A stretch of 63,867 bases of DNA, filler included, from Folioceros fuciformis (Eukaryota): the NCBI GenBank assembly GCA_049999805.1. It is 17 parts of 17 records of this genome, joined end to end, with 100 filler letters (N's around TTAATTAATTAA, not from the genome) between each part and the next. Parts side by side here need not be neighbours in the genome. Positions count along the whole stretch, not along the records: positions 53,906 to 62,711 come from JBNGIO010000299.1; positions 62,812 to 63,867 come from JBNGIO010000302.1; 15 more parts are not named here. One strand, 5' to 3'. The notes beneath the pieces were generated by a model, which was not told the origin of the DNA, made no database searches, and worked only from the letters and a program-made list of their open reading frames with translations. A program made the translations under genes and the position numbers. Shown piece by piece: positions 62,060 to 63,867 of this stretch; the first letter of the stretch is position 1; the number at the start of each line of letters is the position of its first letter.

Positions 62060-63402
62060 CTGGACATGTCTACCAAGCACTCATATATGTCTGTAGAAAG
62101 ATATCCGAACATGAACTGTCAATCACTTGGCAGGAACGAGAGTCAAGAAGTCCTTCTCATCGAGGTGAAACACTAGGCAAGACGTTGCAGGCAGTCTTAA
62201 CCCCGTCATCGTATACATCACTCTCCACACCTTCGTCCAGAAGCGAAGCATACCAGTCACACAACCGAATACAAACCGTGACGACTTTCTTGGTGTACGT
62301 CTAGCCTCACAACTGAGTGAGGCACTGCAGAGCAGCTGCAGTTGAGCAGTCCTATGAGACAAAACTGTGTTTCAGAGGTTCATCAGCACTGCATTTCCCC
62401 ATTCTATCCTTCAGACAAAAGGCAGGCGGACACTCCTCAGCGGCCCGACCTTTCTAAACGTGCATGGCAAACCCTCCGTGCACTAAGTAGGGAACACACA
62501 CATTTGTTTCATCCATCCAACAAACTGCATCATTGGACAAACGTGACACAGGAAGTAGCACATAGCAAAAACAAAGCTTAGGGCTGTCAAATTTTCAAAA
62601 AGGATCGAGTCTCGCAGAAAGAACGTCCTGTGCAGGAATCAGCACACGACAGACGAAAGCATATAGGTGCCAAAATCTTTCAAAAATGAAGCACCACAAC
62701 ATCTGAGTCCCNNNNNNNNNNNNNNNNNNNNNNNNNNNNNNNNNNNNNNNNNNNNTTAATTAATTAANNNNNNNNNNNNNNNNNNNNNNNNNNNNNNNNN
62801 NNNNNNNNNNNCAGGCCCATCTGTAGCCTCTTAATGGCAGCCATGGCGGCATCGCTGGTTGTCCGCCGAGGCCCGGCGACCAAGCATGCTCCCCACACAG
62901 TCGTGCCCTGTAGGCGGTCACGCGTCCCATGCCAGGCTCCCTAACCAACACCCCGATTGGGCTTGGCGACCTGGTGTGTTCCTTCCACGATCTCGCCCGC
63001 CGACCTTACAGGCTCTCCGCTCGCCTCCCATGCCACATCGCGGGCTCCTCCGACGTGTTTCGTGAGTGCGCCCATGCCCAGCGACAGCGCGGGCTCACCA
63101 CCCCAAGCCCTCCAACCTCTCGGCCTCCCGCGCTGGCGGAGCAATGGGCCCGCACTCCCTTGCCTATGAAGGCAACATCCCCGTCTACCATCCCGATTCG
63201 CTGAGAGATAGCAAGGACTTGGCTCACCGCATCTGATGTTGTCGGTGGATTCGATTCTAAAGTTGGTTTTGCATTTGCAGCAGGGTTTTAGTGTACTACT
63301 CAGCCCACCCAATTATCACAACTCTATTAGCCCCACATCAATGCATAGGGGCACATCCCTCGTCCCTGCCCTTTTCTTTAGGGTGGCTAAGGATCCAACT
63401 CA

Positions 63403-63867
63403 CTACGGCAACCTGTACACTGCATTGTGGGCTATGGCCACCTCAATGCGCTCTTGCATGATGGCGACACACTCGTATCGAGGGAGCAGCAACGTGCTCG
63501 TGCAAGTCCTAGAAGTGGGCAGTTGCCCATCAGCCAGGAGAGCGACCTCCATCACTATCATTGGACCCCCTTCGCTGAAATAAACCCTATCTGTGATGAA
63601 TGTGTATAGTTTGGCCATTTATGCAAAGCTCAGCCTCCTAATGGTTGTGGCGTACATCTCCCTGGTCTCCATCGAGCATGCATGGAAAGTAGTCGCCCAC
63701 AGAAACTCTTTGGGTCTGCACCCACGGGCACCAGAGAAGAAAAAACTTACGACCTCCAAGGACATGGTGTCCACGATCGGGAGAAGGGCCCTTGAATCCA
63801 AGCTGTGAAGGACGTGCCTGAAGCCCTCCCCGACCATTCCCCCAATTGGATAGCAGTTGCTGAATAG
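63403..63867 (-). pseudogene. HECT E3 ligase C-terminal lobe, intronless, one in-frame stop
   Basis: ORFs 63619-63837 and 63403-63618 share a frame: GFRHVL..FFFSG..RLSFA*MAKLYTFITD..DGQLPTSRTCTSTLLLPRY..MQERIEVAI. Confidence 0.65.

Overview
Eukaryotic nuclear DNA from a non-seed land plant. A hornwort is the best guess (lycophyte or fern possible), from short 80-110 nt GT-AG introns and a PLS-PPR with a WW-like PG box. The window is 17 contigs joined by 16 identical artificial 100-bp spacers (N44-TTAATTAATTAA-N44), so adjacency across gaps is unproven. About 1-26 kb is a nest of decayed Ty1/Copia and Ty3/Gypsy LTR retrotransposons, with further TE blocks at 43-44 kb and 49-54 kb. Host genes: GME (3' part), a small secreted Cys-rich peptide, an ATM3/ABCB25-type ABC half-transporter, UFD1, a GT92 glycosyltransferase (5' truncated), a VQ protein, a long PLS-PPR and a divergent DnaJ-family gene. 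Relics of a trihelix domain and an intronless HECT domain also occur. The best leads are the C-CC-CC-C peptide with an RRRLL site, the PPR whose DYW domain stops at the catalytic Glu, the HECT relic and an AT-hook extension on a chromovirus Gag. No clearly new multi-gene system was found. All family calls are by eye, without database searches.
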